This document shows, one piece after another, positions 52,116 to 62,058 of a stretch of 64,000 bases of DNA (positions are counted from its first letter, which is position 1; the number at the start of each line of letters is the position of its first letter). A program made the translations under genes and the position numbers. This DNA comes from Rhodospirillaceae bacterium UBA1479 (GTDB taxonomy: Bacteria > Pseudomonadota > Alphaproteobacteria > Rhodospirillales > Casp-alpha2). Location of the stretch: assembly GCA_002325375.1 (NCBI GenBank), contig DCRZ01000003.1, positions 3,306-67,305 on the forward strand, read 5' to 3'. The notes beneath the pieces are model-generated. The model searched no databases. It was given only the letters and a program-made list of their open reading frames with translations, and was not told where the DNA came from.

Positions 52116-52316
52116 ATGGACGAGCAGGACGCGTTACGCCGCAGGCTAGAGGAATTGAAGGTCGAACACCGCGACCTGGACGAGGCCATCAGCCACCTCG
52201 CCGATTCCCCGCCTTTCGACCAGATCAAGCTGCAGCGCCTGAAAAAGCGCAAGCTGATCCTGAAGGACGAAATCGCGTCGCTTGAGGATCAGCTGCTGCC
52301 CGACATCATCGCCTAG
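52116..52316 (+). CDS. DUF465/YdcH family small protein
   Basis: GGAG RBS; LKVEHRDLDEAI...QLQRLKKRKLILKDEI...PDIIA. Confidence 0.9.
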   Translation: MDEQDALRRRLEELKVEHRDLDEAISHLADSPPFDQIKLQRLKKRKLILKDEIASLEDQLLPDIIA

Positions 52317-52317
52317 G

Positions 52318-52872
52318 TTATTTGCTCAGGACGGCCTCGACCGCCTTCAGCACCCGGGGTGCGGTCGGCGAGGTCGGTGTGGAAAACCAGTCGACCAGCC
52401 GCCCGTCGGGGGCGATCAGATATTTGTGGAAGTTCCAGCGCGGCTTGGCCAGCGCCCCCAGTTCCTTGCCCGCCCAGGCGTAGAACGGGTGGGCCCCCTC
52501 ACCCGTGACCGCGACCTTTTCCGTCAACGGAAAGTCGACGCTGAAATTGACCTCGCAAAACTCCTTGATTTCGGCCGCCGTGCCCGGTTCCTGTCCGCCG
52601 AAGTCGTTGGACGGCACACCCAGCAGCACGAAGCCCTTGTCCCGATAGCGGGTCCACAGGTCCTGCAGGGCCGCGTACTGCGGCGTGAAGCCGCATCGTG
52701 AGGCCGTGTTGACGATCAGCACCGCCTTGCCCGCGAAGGACTTCAGCGGCAACGGCGCGCCGTCGATGGCGGTGAAGACGAAATCATGGGCGGTGGTCTT
52801 GGGGGCGTCGGCGGCCATGGCGGGTCCTGAAATCAACAGGGCAAGCAGGGACAGGATGCGGATTGCGACCAT
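52318..52872 (-). CDS. Glutathione peroxidase family protein (Cys type, signal peptide)
   Basis: VNTASRCGFTPQY, GVPSNDFGGQEPG, PRWNFHKYLI. Confidence 0.92.
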   Translation of the reverse strand: MVAIRILSLLALLISGPAMAADAPKTTAHDFVFTAIDGAPLPLKSFAGKAVLIVNTASRCGFTPQYAALQDLWTRYRDKGFVLLGVPSNDFGGQEPGTAAEIKEFCEVNFSVDFPLTEKVAVTGEGAHPFYAWAGKELGALAKPRWNFHKYLIAPDGRLVDWFSTPTSPTAPRVLKAVEAVLSK

Positions 52873-52905
52873 AACGGCCCCCCGGCAACATCGAAACACC
52901 CAAGG

Positions 52906-54516
52906 TTAGTGGGCACCACCCAGACTACCGGTTTTCACGAAATAGTCGACGGCGATGCCGTAGTTGGGGTCGTCGTCGGAATCCAGCATCAATTGGCCGG
53001 CGCGGCTGAGGAGCTGATGGCAATCCTTGGACAAATGCCGCAATTGCAGGGTCTTGCCCTGGGCATTGTATTTCACGGCCAGGGCCTCGATGGCCTGCAG
53101 AGCCGAATGATCGACAACCCGGCTGTTCATGAAATCGATGATGACCAGGCCCGGGTCGGATTCCGGCTTGAACAGTTCGTCGAACCCGTCGGTCGACCCG
53201 AAGAACAGCGGCCCTTCGATCTGATAGACCTTGCCGCCCTCGGGCGTTTCGTGGGTCTTGGCATGGATGCGGGTCGCGTTGTTCCAGGCATAGGCCAGAG
53301 CCGAAACGATGACCCCGACGACCACGGCGACAGCCAGGTCGGTGGCCACGGTAACCACCGTGACCAGCCCCATGACCAGGGCGTCGGTCAGGGGAATCCG
53401 GCGCACGATCAGGAAGCTCTGCCAGGCGAAGGTGCCGATGACGACCATGAACATGACGCCGACCAAGGCGGCCAGGGGGATCTGTTCGATCAGGCTGGAG
53501 GCGACCAGGATGAAGGCCAGAAGGAACAGCGCCGCCGAAATCCCCGACAGCCGCGTGCGCCCGCCCGATTGCACGTTGATCATGGATTGGCCGATCATCG
53601 CGCAGCCGCCCATGCCGCCGAACAGGCCCGTGACCGTGTTGGCCACGCCCTGGGCGACGCATTCCTGGGAAGCCCCACCGCGCTTGCCGGTGATCTCGCC
53701 GACCAGGTTGAGGGTCAAAAGGCTTTCGATCAGGCCGATGGCGGCCAGGATGACCGCATAGGGGATGATGACTTTCAGGGTCTCCAAGGTCAGCGGCACC
53801 ATGGGGATATGGAAATCAGGCAGCCCGCCCTTGATCGTCGCCAGATCGCCGACCCGGGGCACGTCGAGACCGAAACCGATGACGATGGCCGCGACCACCG
53901 CGATCCCCGCAAGGGGGGCCGGAACGACGGAGGTGATTTTCGGCATCGCCCAGATGATCGCCATGGTCAGACCGACCAGGCCCAGCATGACGGCAAGCGG
54001 CCAGCCGGTCATCCAGACCTTGGCGCCGTCGGCGTCCGTGACCTGGAATTGCGTCAACTGGGCCAGGAAGATGACGATCGCCAGGCCGTTGACGAACCCC
54101 ATCATCACCGGGTGCGGCACCAGACGGATGAACTTGCCCAGGCGCAGCAGCCCGGCCGCGATCTGGAGAAGGCCCATCAGAACGACCGTGGCGAACAGAT
54201 ATTCGACCCCGTGGCTGGCGACCAGGGCCACCATGACCACGGCCAGGGCCCCGGTGGCACCGGAAATCATGCCCGGCCGGCCGCCGATGACGGCCGTGAT
54301 CAGGCCCACCAGGAAGGCGGCATACAGCCCGACCAGAGGATGCACCCCGGCGACGAAGGAAAAGGCCACGGCCTCGGGCACCAGGGCAAGCGCCACGGTC
54401 AACCCCGACAGCAGTTCCGTCTTGATGCGGGCAAGAACCTGGGCAGGCGATCCGTCGCCCTGCCATCCGGCAAAGGAAAAACTATCCGCAAGGGCGGCAA
54501 TCAAACGAAGTGACAA
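52906..54516 (-). CDS. SulP family inorganic anion transporter with a STAS domain
   Basis: ALVPEAVAFSFVAG, GRPGMISGATGA, GMGGCAMIGQS, GPLFFGS STAS. Confidence 0.92.
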   Translation of the reverse strand: MSLRLIAALADSFSFAGWQGDGSPAQVLARIKTELLSGLTVALALVPEAVAFSFVAGVHPLVGLYAAFLVGLITAVIGGRPGMISGATGALAVVMVALVASHGVEYLFATVVLMGLLQIAAGLLRLGKFIRLVPHPVMMGFVNGLAIVIFLAQLTQFQVTDADGAKVWMTGWPLAVMLGLVGLTMAIIWAMPKITSVVPAPLAGIAVVAAIVIGFGLDVPRVGDLATIKGGLPDFHIPMVPLTLETLKVIIPYAVILAAIGLIESLLTLNLVGEITGKRGGASQECVAQGVANTVTGLFGGMGGCAMIGQSMINVQSGGRTRLSGISAALFLLAFILVASSLIEQIPLAALVGVMFMVVIGTFAWQSFLIVRRIPLTDALVMGLVTVVTVATDLAVAVVVGVIVSALAYAWNNATRIHAKTHETPEGGKVYQIEGPLFFGSTDGFDELFKPESDPGLVIIDFMNSRVVDHSALQAIEALAVKYNAQGKTLQLRHLSKDCHQLLSRAGQLMLDSDDDPNYGIAVDYFVKTGSLGGAH

Positions 54517-54551
54517 GATGATAACTTCCGATGTGAGGGATCAGGGGCAGC

Positions 54552-56501
54552 CTAGTCGGCGTGTTTCTTTGGCTTCTTGCGCTTTAAAGGCGCATCACCG
54601 GCCGACTTGGGGCCGCCAGGGGCTTGGCCCCGATGAGGCTTCTTTACCTTGTACGACGTCTTCCCCTTGGCCTTCTTACCGGCGCCGTCCCAGGGCTTGT
54701 CTCCCCGGGGCTTTTGCGGACGGTCGGCGGGCGGCGGGCGGTCGTCGTTCATGGCATCCGCCCGGGCGTCCTCGCGGCGTGAGAACTTTTTCTTCTTGGG
54801 CGCGTCGCCACGGGCGGCCGCCTGTGGGTTCCAGGCCGGCTTATCGCCCTGGTAGGTCTTGCCGCGCTGTTCGCGGCCACCGTCGGCCGGCATGTCCGGC
54901 AGACCGTCGACCCGCGCCACGCGGATGGTCTTTTCCATGGTCATGTCGGAACCCAGTTCCTCGACGAAGCGCTCGGCGCTATCGGCGCTCAGTTCGACGA
55001 AGGTTTCCGTGTTGAAGATGCGGATGGCGCCGATTTCGCGCTTGGTCATATGACCGGCGCGGCACAGCATGGGCAGCAGCCAACGCGGTTCGGCATTCTG
55101 TTTATGGCCGACGGAAAGAGAGAACCACACCCCGCCCTTGAAGGCGTCGCGGCGGCTTTCCTTGCGCTCCGCCGAGCGGTCGGACGGGCCCGTATCCAGC
55201 AGTTCCTCCGGCGCCGACATGCCGGCCATCTGCTGACGCAGGAAGGCGCCGGCGATCTGCTCGGCGCTATAGCGGCTGAGAAGTTCGGTTGCGAATGCCT
55301 GCTCCTCGTCGTTCAGGGGCTCACTCAGGACCGGGTCCGTCAGAATACGTTCGCGGTCGCGGGCCAGGATTTCATCGGCCGACGGCGCCTTGGCCCAGGT
55401 CGCCTCGACATTGGCGCTGTCCAGCAGGCGTTCCGTGCGGTAGCGCAGATTGTGCGGCACGATCAGGGCACAGACACCCTTGCGCCCGGCCCGGCCCGTG
55501 CGGCCGCTTCGGTGCAGCAGGGTTTCCCGGGTCTTCGGGATGTCGGCATGGATCACCAGTTCCAGATCGGGCAGGTCGATGCCGCGCGCCGCCACGTCAG
55601 TGGCGATGCAGACTTTGGCCCGGCCGTCGCGCATGGCCTGGAGTGCGTGGGTGCGTTCGTTCTGGCTCAGCTCTCCCGACAAGGCGACGACGGCGAAGCC
55701 CCGGTTGGCGAAGCGGCTGGTCATGTGGTTGACCGTGGCGCGAGTCGCGCAGAACACCAGGGCGCTTTTCGCGTCGTAATAGCGCAGCAGGTTGATGATG
55801 GCGTTTTCCCGGTCGTTGGGGGCCACGGCCAGGGCGCGGTATTCGATGTCGAGGTGCTGTTTCTGCTCCTCCGTCGTCGCGACCCGCACGGCGTTGCGCT
55901 GATAACGCTTTGCCAGGGTCGCGATGCTGCGCGGCACGGTGGCGGAAAACATCAGGGTGCGGCGGTCCGCGGGGGCCGAGTCGAGGATGAATTCAAGATC
56001 TTCGCGGAAGCCCAGGTCGAGCATCTCGTCGGCCTCGTCCAGCACCACGGCACGCAGGCTGGAAACATTGAGCGATCCGCGTTCGATATGATCGCGCAGA
56101 CGCCCCGGCGTGCCGACGACGATATGCGCCCCCTTGTTGAGAGCCCGGCGTTCGCCGCCCATGTCCATGCCGCCGATGCAGGAGGCAGAAACCGCCCCCG
56201 TCATTTCGTACAGCCAATCCAGTTCGCGTTTGACCTGAAGCGCCAATTCCCGCGTCGGCGCCACGACCAGGGCCAGCGGTTCCCGCGCGCGCTCGAAACG
56301 CTCGGCCCCCGCCAACAGGGTCGGCGCCAACGCCAGGCCAAAGGCCACGGTCTTGCCCGACCCGGTCTGGGCCGAGACCAGAACATCCGCATCTCGAAGC
56401 TCCGGTGCGAGGATCGCGGTCTGCACGGGGGTCAGGACGGTATAGCCGCGTTTGGTCAACGCCTGGCCAAGCGCCATCGCGACGCCGTCGAATTCTGTCA
56501 T
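54552..56501 (-). CDS. DEAD-box RNA helicase with a DbpA-type RNA-binding domain
   Basis: Start trimmed to MTEFDG. TPVQ, AQTGSGKT, PTRELA, DEADEM, SAT, HRSGRTGRAG; basic C-terminal tail. Confidence 0.94.
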   Translation of the reverse strand: MTEFDGVAMALGQALTKRGYTVLTPVQTAILAPELRDADVLVSAQTGSGKTVAFGLALAPTLLAGAERFERAREPLALVVAPTRELALQVKRELDWLYEMTGAVSASCIGGMDMGGERRALNKGAHIVVGTPGRLRDHIERGSLNVSSLRAVVLDEADEMLDLGFREDLEFILDSAPADRRTLMFSATVPRSIATLAKRYQRNAVRVATTEEQKQHLDIEYRALAVAPNDRENAIINLLRYYDAKSALVFCATRATVNHMTSRFANRGFAVVALSGELSQNERTHALQAMRDGRAKVCIATDVAARGIDLPDLELVIHADIPKTRETLLHRSGRTGRAGRKGVCALIVPHNLRYRTERLLDSANVEATWAKAPSADEILARDRERILTDPVLSEPLNDEEQAFATELLSRYSAEQIAGAFLRQQMAGMSAPEELLDTGPSDRSAERKESRRDAFKGGVWFSLSVGHKQNAEPRWLLPMLCRAGHMTKREIGAIRIFNTETFVELSADSAERFVEELGSDMTMEKTIRVARVDGLPDMPADGGREQRGKTYQGDKPAWNPQAAARGDAPKKKKFSRREDARADAMNDDRPPPADRPQKPRGDKPWDGAGKKAKGKTSYKVKKPHRGQAPGGPKSAGDAPLKRKKPKKHAD

Positions 56502-56671
56502 GTCACATCTTTCGGAATGCGGGTTTCGTGCGCCCGGAAGCGGTTCACCACCTTCGGCGCACGCGCGCCGCCGCACAATGCGCGGCGATACATGCGTGTT
56601 GGCCCGTGTTGTAGTTAACGCGGAGGAGCCTGTAAAGCCTGGACCTTCGCTCTAGAGCAGGTTCCGGCACC

Positions 56672-57385
56672 CTAGCGCAGGTTGCGGTCGGCGGCGGCGA
56701 TGGCCGCTCCGCCGGTCATGCCCGGCTCCAGCATGGCAACGCCCGTGCGCGCCTCCAGGAAAAGGCCCTGGGTCGTATGGGTGGCGCGCAGCGCCGCTTC
56801 GATCTCACCGGCCTTGCGCCGCGCCCCTTCGAGTCCGTCTTCCAGCACGACCATGGCGAAATCGTTGCCGCCCAGGCTGCCCATGACCATCGCCTGATGA
56901 CTGTCCGATCCCAGCACGTCGCAGGTCAGGCATAGGGCCTGATCCAGCACCGCGATGCCGTGGGCCCGGCGGATATCATCGCCGTTGGCGAGATGAATCA
57001 GAATCAGCGCCGGCCGCGCCTCGATATGCCCCAGACGGTGGATCAGTTTTTCCATCTCGGCCATGACGCCCCGCCGGTTCAAGGCCGGCACCACCGGATG
57101 GCGGAACGCGTTCTCGCGCGCCGCGGCCAGTTCCTCCTGGGCATGGACAAGCTGGCGGCGCAGGGGTTCGATCTCGGACGCCATGCGTTCGATGGCATGC
57201 TGAGCCTCCGGCGACAGGCCTTCCATCGACAGAAGGCCCGACACGTTAATGGCCGGTTCCGAATGGCCGTTCTTGGCCTGCTCTTCGTGGTGCTCTTCTT
57301 TCTTACCGCCGCCCGGGCCGGCGCCGCCGCCGTGCCCTCCGCCAGGTCCTACCGGCTGGACGGGGATGGCATGGTTCACATCCAT
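56672..57385 (-). CDS. Degenerate GGDEF domain protein
   Basis: LNRRG, SLGGNDFAMV (GGNDF); the metal-binding Asp and the NDxxGH motif are replaced (HLANGDDIRRAHG). Confidence 0.75.
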   Translation of the reverse strand: MDVNHAIPVQPVGPGGGHGGGAGPGGGKKEEHHEEQAKNGHSEPAINVSGLLSMEGLSPEAQHAIERMASEIEPLRRQLVHAQEELAAARENAFRHPVVPALNRRGVMAEMEKLIHRLGHIEARPALILIHLANGDDIRRAHGIAVLDQALCLTCDVLGSDSHQAMVMGSLGGNDFAMVVLEDGLEGARRKAGEIEAALRATHTTQGLFLEARTGVAMLEPGMTGGAAIAAADRNLR

Positions 57386-57459
57386 GGCCGGGTCTCCCTT
57401 CCAGGTCGCCGTTCTCGGCGAACAAACGGACTGCTGTCACATTAGATTACCTTTATATT

Positions 57460-57475
57460 GTTAATAAAGCCTTAC
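57460..57475 (-). promoter_or_regulatory. CtrA-like box GTAA-N7-TTAAC
   Basis: Minus strand GTAA GGCTTTA TTAAC, one mismatch to TTAA-N7-TTAAC, 75 bp upstream of the GGDEF start. Confidence 0.5.
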
Positions 57476-57585
57476 GTTTCAAGGATATTTGAACCCTTGC
57501 GGTGACGGCGGCGGGCCATATAATGACGCGCTTCCCGTCACCCGAAGGCCACCGATGCGGCCTTCACCGGAAGCGAGGTCTCAAC

Positions 57586-58101
57586 ATGCCGCAATCGGCC
57601 GCCGACACACCCCTGGTCGGCATCATCATGGGCAGTCAATCGGACTGGGACACCATGCGCCATGCGGCGGATGTGCTGGCCGAACTCGGCGTCCCGCACG
57701 AGACCCGCATCGTTTCCGCCCACCGCACCCCCGATCGCCTGTACGACTACGCCAAGGCGGCGCGCGGCCGTGGCCTCAAGGCGATCATCGCCGGCGCCGG
57801 GGGGGCCGCCCACCTGCCCGGCATGGCGGCGGCACTGACGCCGCTGCCCGTGTTCGGCGTGCCGGTGGAAAGCAAGGCCCTGAAGGGCATGGATTCACTG
57901 CTGTCGATCGTGCAGATGCCGGGCGGCGTACCCGTCGGCACCCTGGCCGTCGGCAAACCGGGGGCCAAGAACGCGGGCCTGCTGGCGGCCGCCGTGATCG
58001 CGCTGATGGACGACGGCGTCGCCGCAGCGCTCGACGATTTCCGCGCCAAGCAGACGGCCTCCGTCGCCGACGTCCCCATGGACGATCCCAAAGGTTCCTG
58101 A
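57586..58101 (+). CDS. purE: N5-carboxyaminoimidazole ribonucleotide mutase
   Basis: [39 protein letters not shown]. Confidence 0.97.
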   Translation: MPQSAADTPLVGIIMGSQSDWDTMRHAADVLAELGVPHETRIVSAHRTPDRLYDYAKAARGRGLKAIIAGAGGAAHLPGMAAALTPLPVFGVPVESKALKGMDSLLSIVQMPGGVPVGTLAVGKPGAKNAGLLAAAVIALMDDGVAAALDDFRAKQTASVADVPMDDPKGS

Positions 58102-58102
58102 C

Positions 58103-59203
58103 ATGGCCCCCCGTTCCGTTCACCCGCTGCCTCCCGGCAGCACCATCGGCATTATGGGCGGCGGCCAGCTCGGCCGCATGACGGCCCTGGCGGCGGCCCG
58201 GCTCGGCTACAAATCCCATATCTTCTCGCCGGAAGACGATTCCCCCGGCATCCAGGTCTCGGCGGCGGCGACCATCGCCGATTATCAGGACCGCACGGCC
58301 CTGCAATCCTTCGCCGAAGCCGTCGACGTGGTGACCTTCGAGTTCGAGAACGTGCCGGCGGACAGCGCCGCCTTCCTTGCCGACCACGCCCTGGTCCGGC
58401 CCGGCCCGCAATGCCTGGCCATTGCCCAGGACCGCCTGCTGGAAAAGGAATTCATTAACAAGACGGCGCCGACCACGCCTTATCGACGGGTCACCTCCGC
58501 CGAGGATTTGGCCAAGGCCGCCGACGAGATCGGCCGCCCGGCCGTGCTCAAGACCTCGCGCATGGGATACGACGGCAAGGGCCAGGTGCTGATCGCCCCC
58601 GATTGCGATTACGCCGCCGCCTGGGCGGAAATGGGCGCCGAGATCGGCATCCTGGAAGCCTTTGTCGATCTGGACTGCGAGATTTCGGTGATCACCGCCC
58701 GCTCCCCCCACGGCGGCTGGGCGACCTATCCGGCGGTTGAGAACCGCCACGTCAATCACATCCTGGACACCACCATGGCCCCGGCCCGTCTGCCGGACGG
58801 CTTGGCCGATCAGGCCGTCGCCATCGCCCACGATTTGGCCGAAGCGCTGGACCTTGTCGGTCTGCTGGCGGTCGAGATGTTCGTGACCCGGGATCAGCGC
58901 ATCCTGGTCAACGAAATGGCCCCCCGCCCCCATAATTCCGGCCATTGGACCATGGATGCCTGCGCCACCAGCCAGTTCGAGCAACTGGTGCGCGCGGTCT
59001 GCGGCCTGCCGCTGGGCTCCGTCGACTGCCACCACGACGCGGTCATGAAGAACCTGATCGGCGACGCCGTGAACGGCTGGCCCGACCTTTTGGCCGATCC
59101 GGGCGCCCGCCTGCATCTTTATGGCAAAGCCGAAGCCCGGCCGGGCCGCAAGATGGGCCACGTCAACCGACTGTACCCCAAGGGCAAGCTGCCCAACGGG
59201 TGA
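58103..59203 (+). CDS. purK: N5-carboxyaminoimidazole ribonucleotide synthase
   Basis: GIMGGGQLGRM, TFEFENV, MGYDGKGQ, NEMAPRPHNSGH, GRKMGHV. Confidence 0.97.
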   Translation: MAPRSVHPLPPGSTIGIMGGGQLGRMTALAAARLGYKSHIFSPEDDSPGIQVSAAATIADYQDRTALQSFAEAVDVVTFEFENVPADSAAFLADHALVRPGPQCLAIAQDRLLEKEFINKTAPTTPYRRVTSAEDLAKAADEIGRPAVLKTSRMGYDGKGQVLIAPDCDYAAAWAEMGAEIGILEAFVDLDCEISVITARSPHGGWATYPAVENRHVNHILDTTMAPARLPDGLADQAVAIAHDLAEALDLVGLLAVEMFVTRDQRILVNEMAPRPHNSGHWTMDACATSQFEQLVRAVCGLPLGSVDCHHDAVMKNLIGDAVNGWPDLLADPGARLHLYGKAEARPGRKMGHVNRLYPKGKLPNG

Positions 59204-59219
59204 CGGAGGAATCCCGGGA

Positions 59220-60083
59220 TCAGGCCGTGCCGGCCAGATCGTCCAGAGTGATGCGGCGCATCCGGTAGGCTTCCAGCAATTCGATCTCGACCGCGACGGA
59301 ACGGCCCAGTTCGGCCAGCACCGTGTTCTTGACGAAGCGCTTCAGGTCCTCGGTCTGGCCGGGGAACACCAGGATATTGGTCAGCAACTCGCGCCGCACC
59401 AGGGGCGGAAACACCAGCAATTCACCGACCAGCAACTGCTTGACCGCCGACGGGATGCGCAGGCTGCCGAACAGACGGTCGAGGCAGAAGCTGTAGATGC
59501 CGAAATCCAGGCGTCCGGCAACATTGGCGGTGAAATCCTTGAATTCCTCGACGAAAGCCGCGGGCGTCATGGCGCCGTCCATCATGCGCCGGACATGGTC
59601 GAGGAATTCACGATAGCGTGCCCGGGCCGGGCTCAACTGATCGTTCAGTTCGGCCTCGATGGACTTGATCTCGGCCTCGCGGAAGCCCTTTTCCAGCAAG
59701 GTATGGGCGCTGTCGCGCACCCGCTCGTCCAGGGCCTGTTCCTCGATCAGCGAGAACAGCCGTTCATAGCTGTCGCGGTCGCGCTTTTTCTTCAGTTTCT
59801 TGGCCAACTGGCCGAGGGGCAGGATCGCCGCCTGGGCGACCAGTTTGTCACGGGAATAGATTGCCGCCATGGCGGCCGCGTCGGGGGGGATCGCGATGTT
59901 GCGCGCGAAATCCTCGGTAATGACGAAGCGATGGCCGTCGACGACGGTCAGGTAGCGATTAAGCTTGCAGCATTCCAGGAAGTGATTGGCCAGATTGACC
60001 GGCGCGACGGCGGCTTCCTGACGATAGGTCCGGCCGTTGGCCGGAGTGGCGGCGGCGGTTGTACCGGTTTGCGCAGCGCTCAC
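59220..60083 (-). CDS. Hypothetical alpha-helical protein
   Basis: 287-codon open frame (GTG start) that exactly fills the purK-COQ9 gap, with host-like composition; no recognisable motif. Confidence 0.7.
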   Translation of the reverse strand: MSAAQTGTTAAATPANGRTYRQEAAVAPVNLANHFLECCKLNRYLTVVDGHRFVITEDFARNIAIPPDAAAMAAIYSRDKLVAQAAILPLGQLAKKLKKKRDRDSYERLFSLIEEQALDERVRDSAHTLLEKGFREAEIKSIEAELNDQLSPARARYREFLDHVRRMMDGAMTPAAFVEEFKDFTANVAGRLDFGIYSFCLDRLFGSLRIPSAVKQLLVGELLVFPPLVRRELLTNILVFPGQTEDLKRFVKNTVLAELGRSVAVEIELLEAYRMRRITLDDLAGTA

Positions 60084-60198
60084 GGTCCGCGTCTCCTTTT
60101 GCTCAAGACCCCATCAATCCCTGGGCAAAGCATAACCGACTGCGGCGCCGCCTGAAAGGTTTCCATAATGCGGGAAATTCAGCCCCGGCAGGGCCGCG

Positions 60199-60906
60199 TC
60201 AGGCCACCGGTCCGGGCCGGTGACGGTTGGTGGCCGCCTTCAGACGCTTGAGGAAGCCCAACGGCGACGGCAGACGGCCGAGCGCCTGTTCCGCCTTGGC
60301 TTTGTACATGGGAATCTTCAGGACATCGGCCAAACGCCGGTCCAGATAACCCCAAGTGTCGGCGAAACCGTCCGAGGAATCGGACAGCCAATACAGAATG
60401 GTCGAGGTATAGACCGGGGCCAGCAGCCCCCGCTTGGTATAATGGTTGAAATCCGCCGCCCGGTCGCCGGCCGCGTGCCAGATATGATCGCAGGTGCGCC
60501 AGGTCATACGCGCCGCCAGGGGCGCGTTCTGCGGCATCGCCAGGAACGACAACAGCCGTCGCATGGCCTCGCGGTAGGGCGCGTTCATTTCCAGCCGCAG
60601 GCGCACGCCCAGAGCCACCCGTTCCCGCACCTTGAGGGCATCCAGGTCGACCTTCGCCAGTTCCGACAGCATGCGCCGGTCGGACCAGTCGGCGAAATGG
60701 TCGGCGGCATCCGCCATGCCGCCCGGAAAGGCGCGCAGCACGTCCGCCGGCCCCAAGTCCAGGTCCCCTGCTCCCCGTTCCAGGGCTTTCCGCGACCAGC
60801 CGTCGAACGGCACGTGGTCAAGCGCCGCCGCGATCAGGCGGTCGCGCAGGGCCATGTGGCGGGTGCGGGCCTCGTCGGCGGTCATGCGCGTCGTTTGGGC
60901 AGTCAT
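60199..60906 (-). CDS. COQ9 family ubiquinone biosynthesis protein
   Basis: HVPFDGWS, KVRERV, CDHIWHAAGDRAADFNHYTKRGLL, DTWGYLDRR; overlaps the def stop. Confidence 0.88.
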   Translation of the reverse strand: MTAQTTRMTADEARTRHMALRDRLIAAALDHVPFDGWSRKALERGAGDLDLGPADVLRAFPGGMADAADHFADWSDRRMLSELAKVDLDALKVRERVALGVRLRLEMNAPYREAMRRLLSFLAMPQNAPLAARMTWRTCDHIWHAAGDRAADFNHYTKRGLLAPVYTSTILYWLSDSSDGFADTWGYLDRRLADVLKIPMYKAKAEQALGRLPSPLGFLKRLKAATNRHRPGPVA

Positions 60907-61466
60907 GCGGCTTCTCCGTCTTCGCTGTCGCTCTCATCGGCCATGATCGTGCGGGGCGCGCGGGCCATTTCCTCCGCAAAGCCGAAGGTCGACAGGTCGG
61001 TCATCCGCATCGGGTAGAGAATACCGTCCAGATGGTCGCATTCATGCTGCACCACGCGGGCGTGATAGCCTTTGGCCTCGCGCTCGAAGGTTTTGCCGTC
61101 CAGGCCCTGGGCGCGATAGCGGATATGGACTGCGCGCGGGACCCGGCCGGTCATCTCCGGCAAGGACAGGCAGCCCTCCCAGCCTTCCTCGACCTCGTCG
61201 CCGATGACCTCGATCACCGGATTGACCAGCACGGTCAGCGGCACGTCCTTCTTATCCTCACAACGCTCGCCCGGCACGCGGAATACCACGATGCGCAGCG
61301 GCACATGGACCTGGGGGGCCGCCAAACCGATGCCCGGCGCGTCGGCCATGGTTTCGACCATGTCGGCGATCAGGCCGTGAATGCGCGGATCCTTGGGGTC
61401 TTCGACCGGCTGGGCCGTGCCCATCAACACCGGATGTCCCATGCGCGCGATTTTCAGAATGGCCAT
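60903..61466 (-). CDS. def: Peptide deformylase
   Basis: Start trimmed to MAILKIARMGHPVL. GIGLAAPQV, EGCLS, QHECDHL. Confidence 0.96.
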   Translation of the reverse strand: MAILKIARMGHPVLMGTAQPVEDPKDPRIHGLIADMVETMADAPGIGLAAPQVHVPLRIVVFRVPGERCEDKKDVPLTVLVNPVIEVIGDEVEEGWEGCLSLPEMTGRVPRAVHIRYRAQGLDGKTFEREAKGYHARVVQHECDHLDGILYPMRMTDLSTFGFAEEMARAPRTIMADESDSEDGEAA

Positions 61467-61651
61467 CGTCGAAATCCTCTTGATCGGGGGGAGTGAAGAC
61501 GCCTTTATGACGCCGGATGGTTCCCCGGGAAATAACACGTTTGCTCCTTCACAAGGGGATATCTATGTGATAGAAGCCCGTCTTCCCGGACCGGTGATAG
61601 CACAGGTCCGATTGATTTTGTTGACTATAAGATTAGGAGCGTGACCTTACC

Positions 61652-61855
61652 GTGCAAGTCATTGTCCGAGACAACAACGTGGATCAGGCCCTCAAGGCCC
61701 TGAAAAAGAAGATGCAGCGCGAAGGCATCTTCCGCGAAATGAAGCTGCGCCGCTCCTACGAAAAACCCTCTGAGCGCCGGGCCCGTGAAAAGGCCGAAGC
61801 CGTGCGTCGTGCGCGCAAGCTTGAGCGCAAGCGGATCGAGCGCGAGGGCTTCTAG
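61652..61855 (+). CDS. rpsU: 30S ribosomal protein S21
   Basis: [31 protein letters not shown]. Confidence 0.97.
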   Translation: MQVIVRDNNVDQALKALKKKMQREGIFREMKLRRSYEKPSERRAREKAEAVRRARKLERKRIEREGF

Positions 61856-61868
61856 CTCTCCGCCGGCC

Positions 61869-61947
61869 GCCGGTCCTTGGATGACCGGCCGTTTTCAATT
61901 TTTCGCAACGCCCCAGGTCCCGATTGGGACGGTGGGGCGTTTCGTTT
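61869..61947 (+). terminator. Two tandem terminator-like hairpins after rpsU
   Basis: GCCGGTC/GACCGGC (61869-61889) followed by TTTT; AACGCCCCA..GTCCC-GATT-GGGAC..TGGGGCGTT (61907-61941) followed by TCGTTT. Confidence 0.6.
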
Positions 61948-62058
61948 GCGCGAACCGCAGTTGCGGAACCTTTTCGCGTGGATGCTTGACAGCCCTCTCC
62001 GAAATCCCTACCCGGATTGCACCCTGATGGCCGAATGTTCGGAAATGGGAAGGTGGCG

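Noticed and set aside
56649-56658. GCTCTAGAGC palindrome as a miniature alphaproteobacterial repeat element
   Set aside because: A single 10-bp palindrome with no partner arm or second copy noticed.
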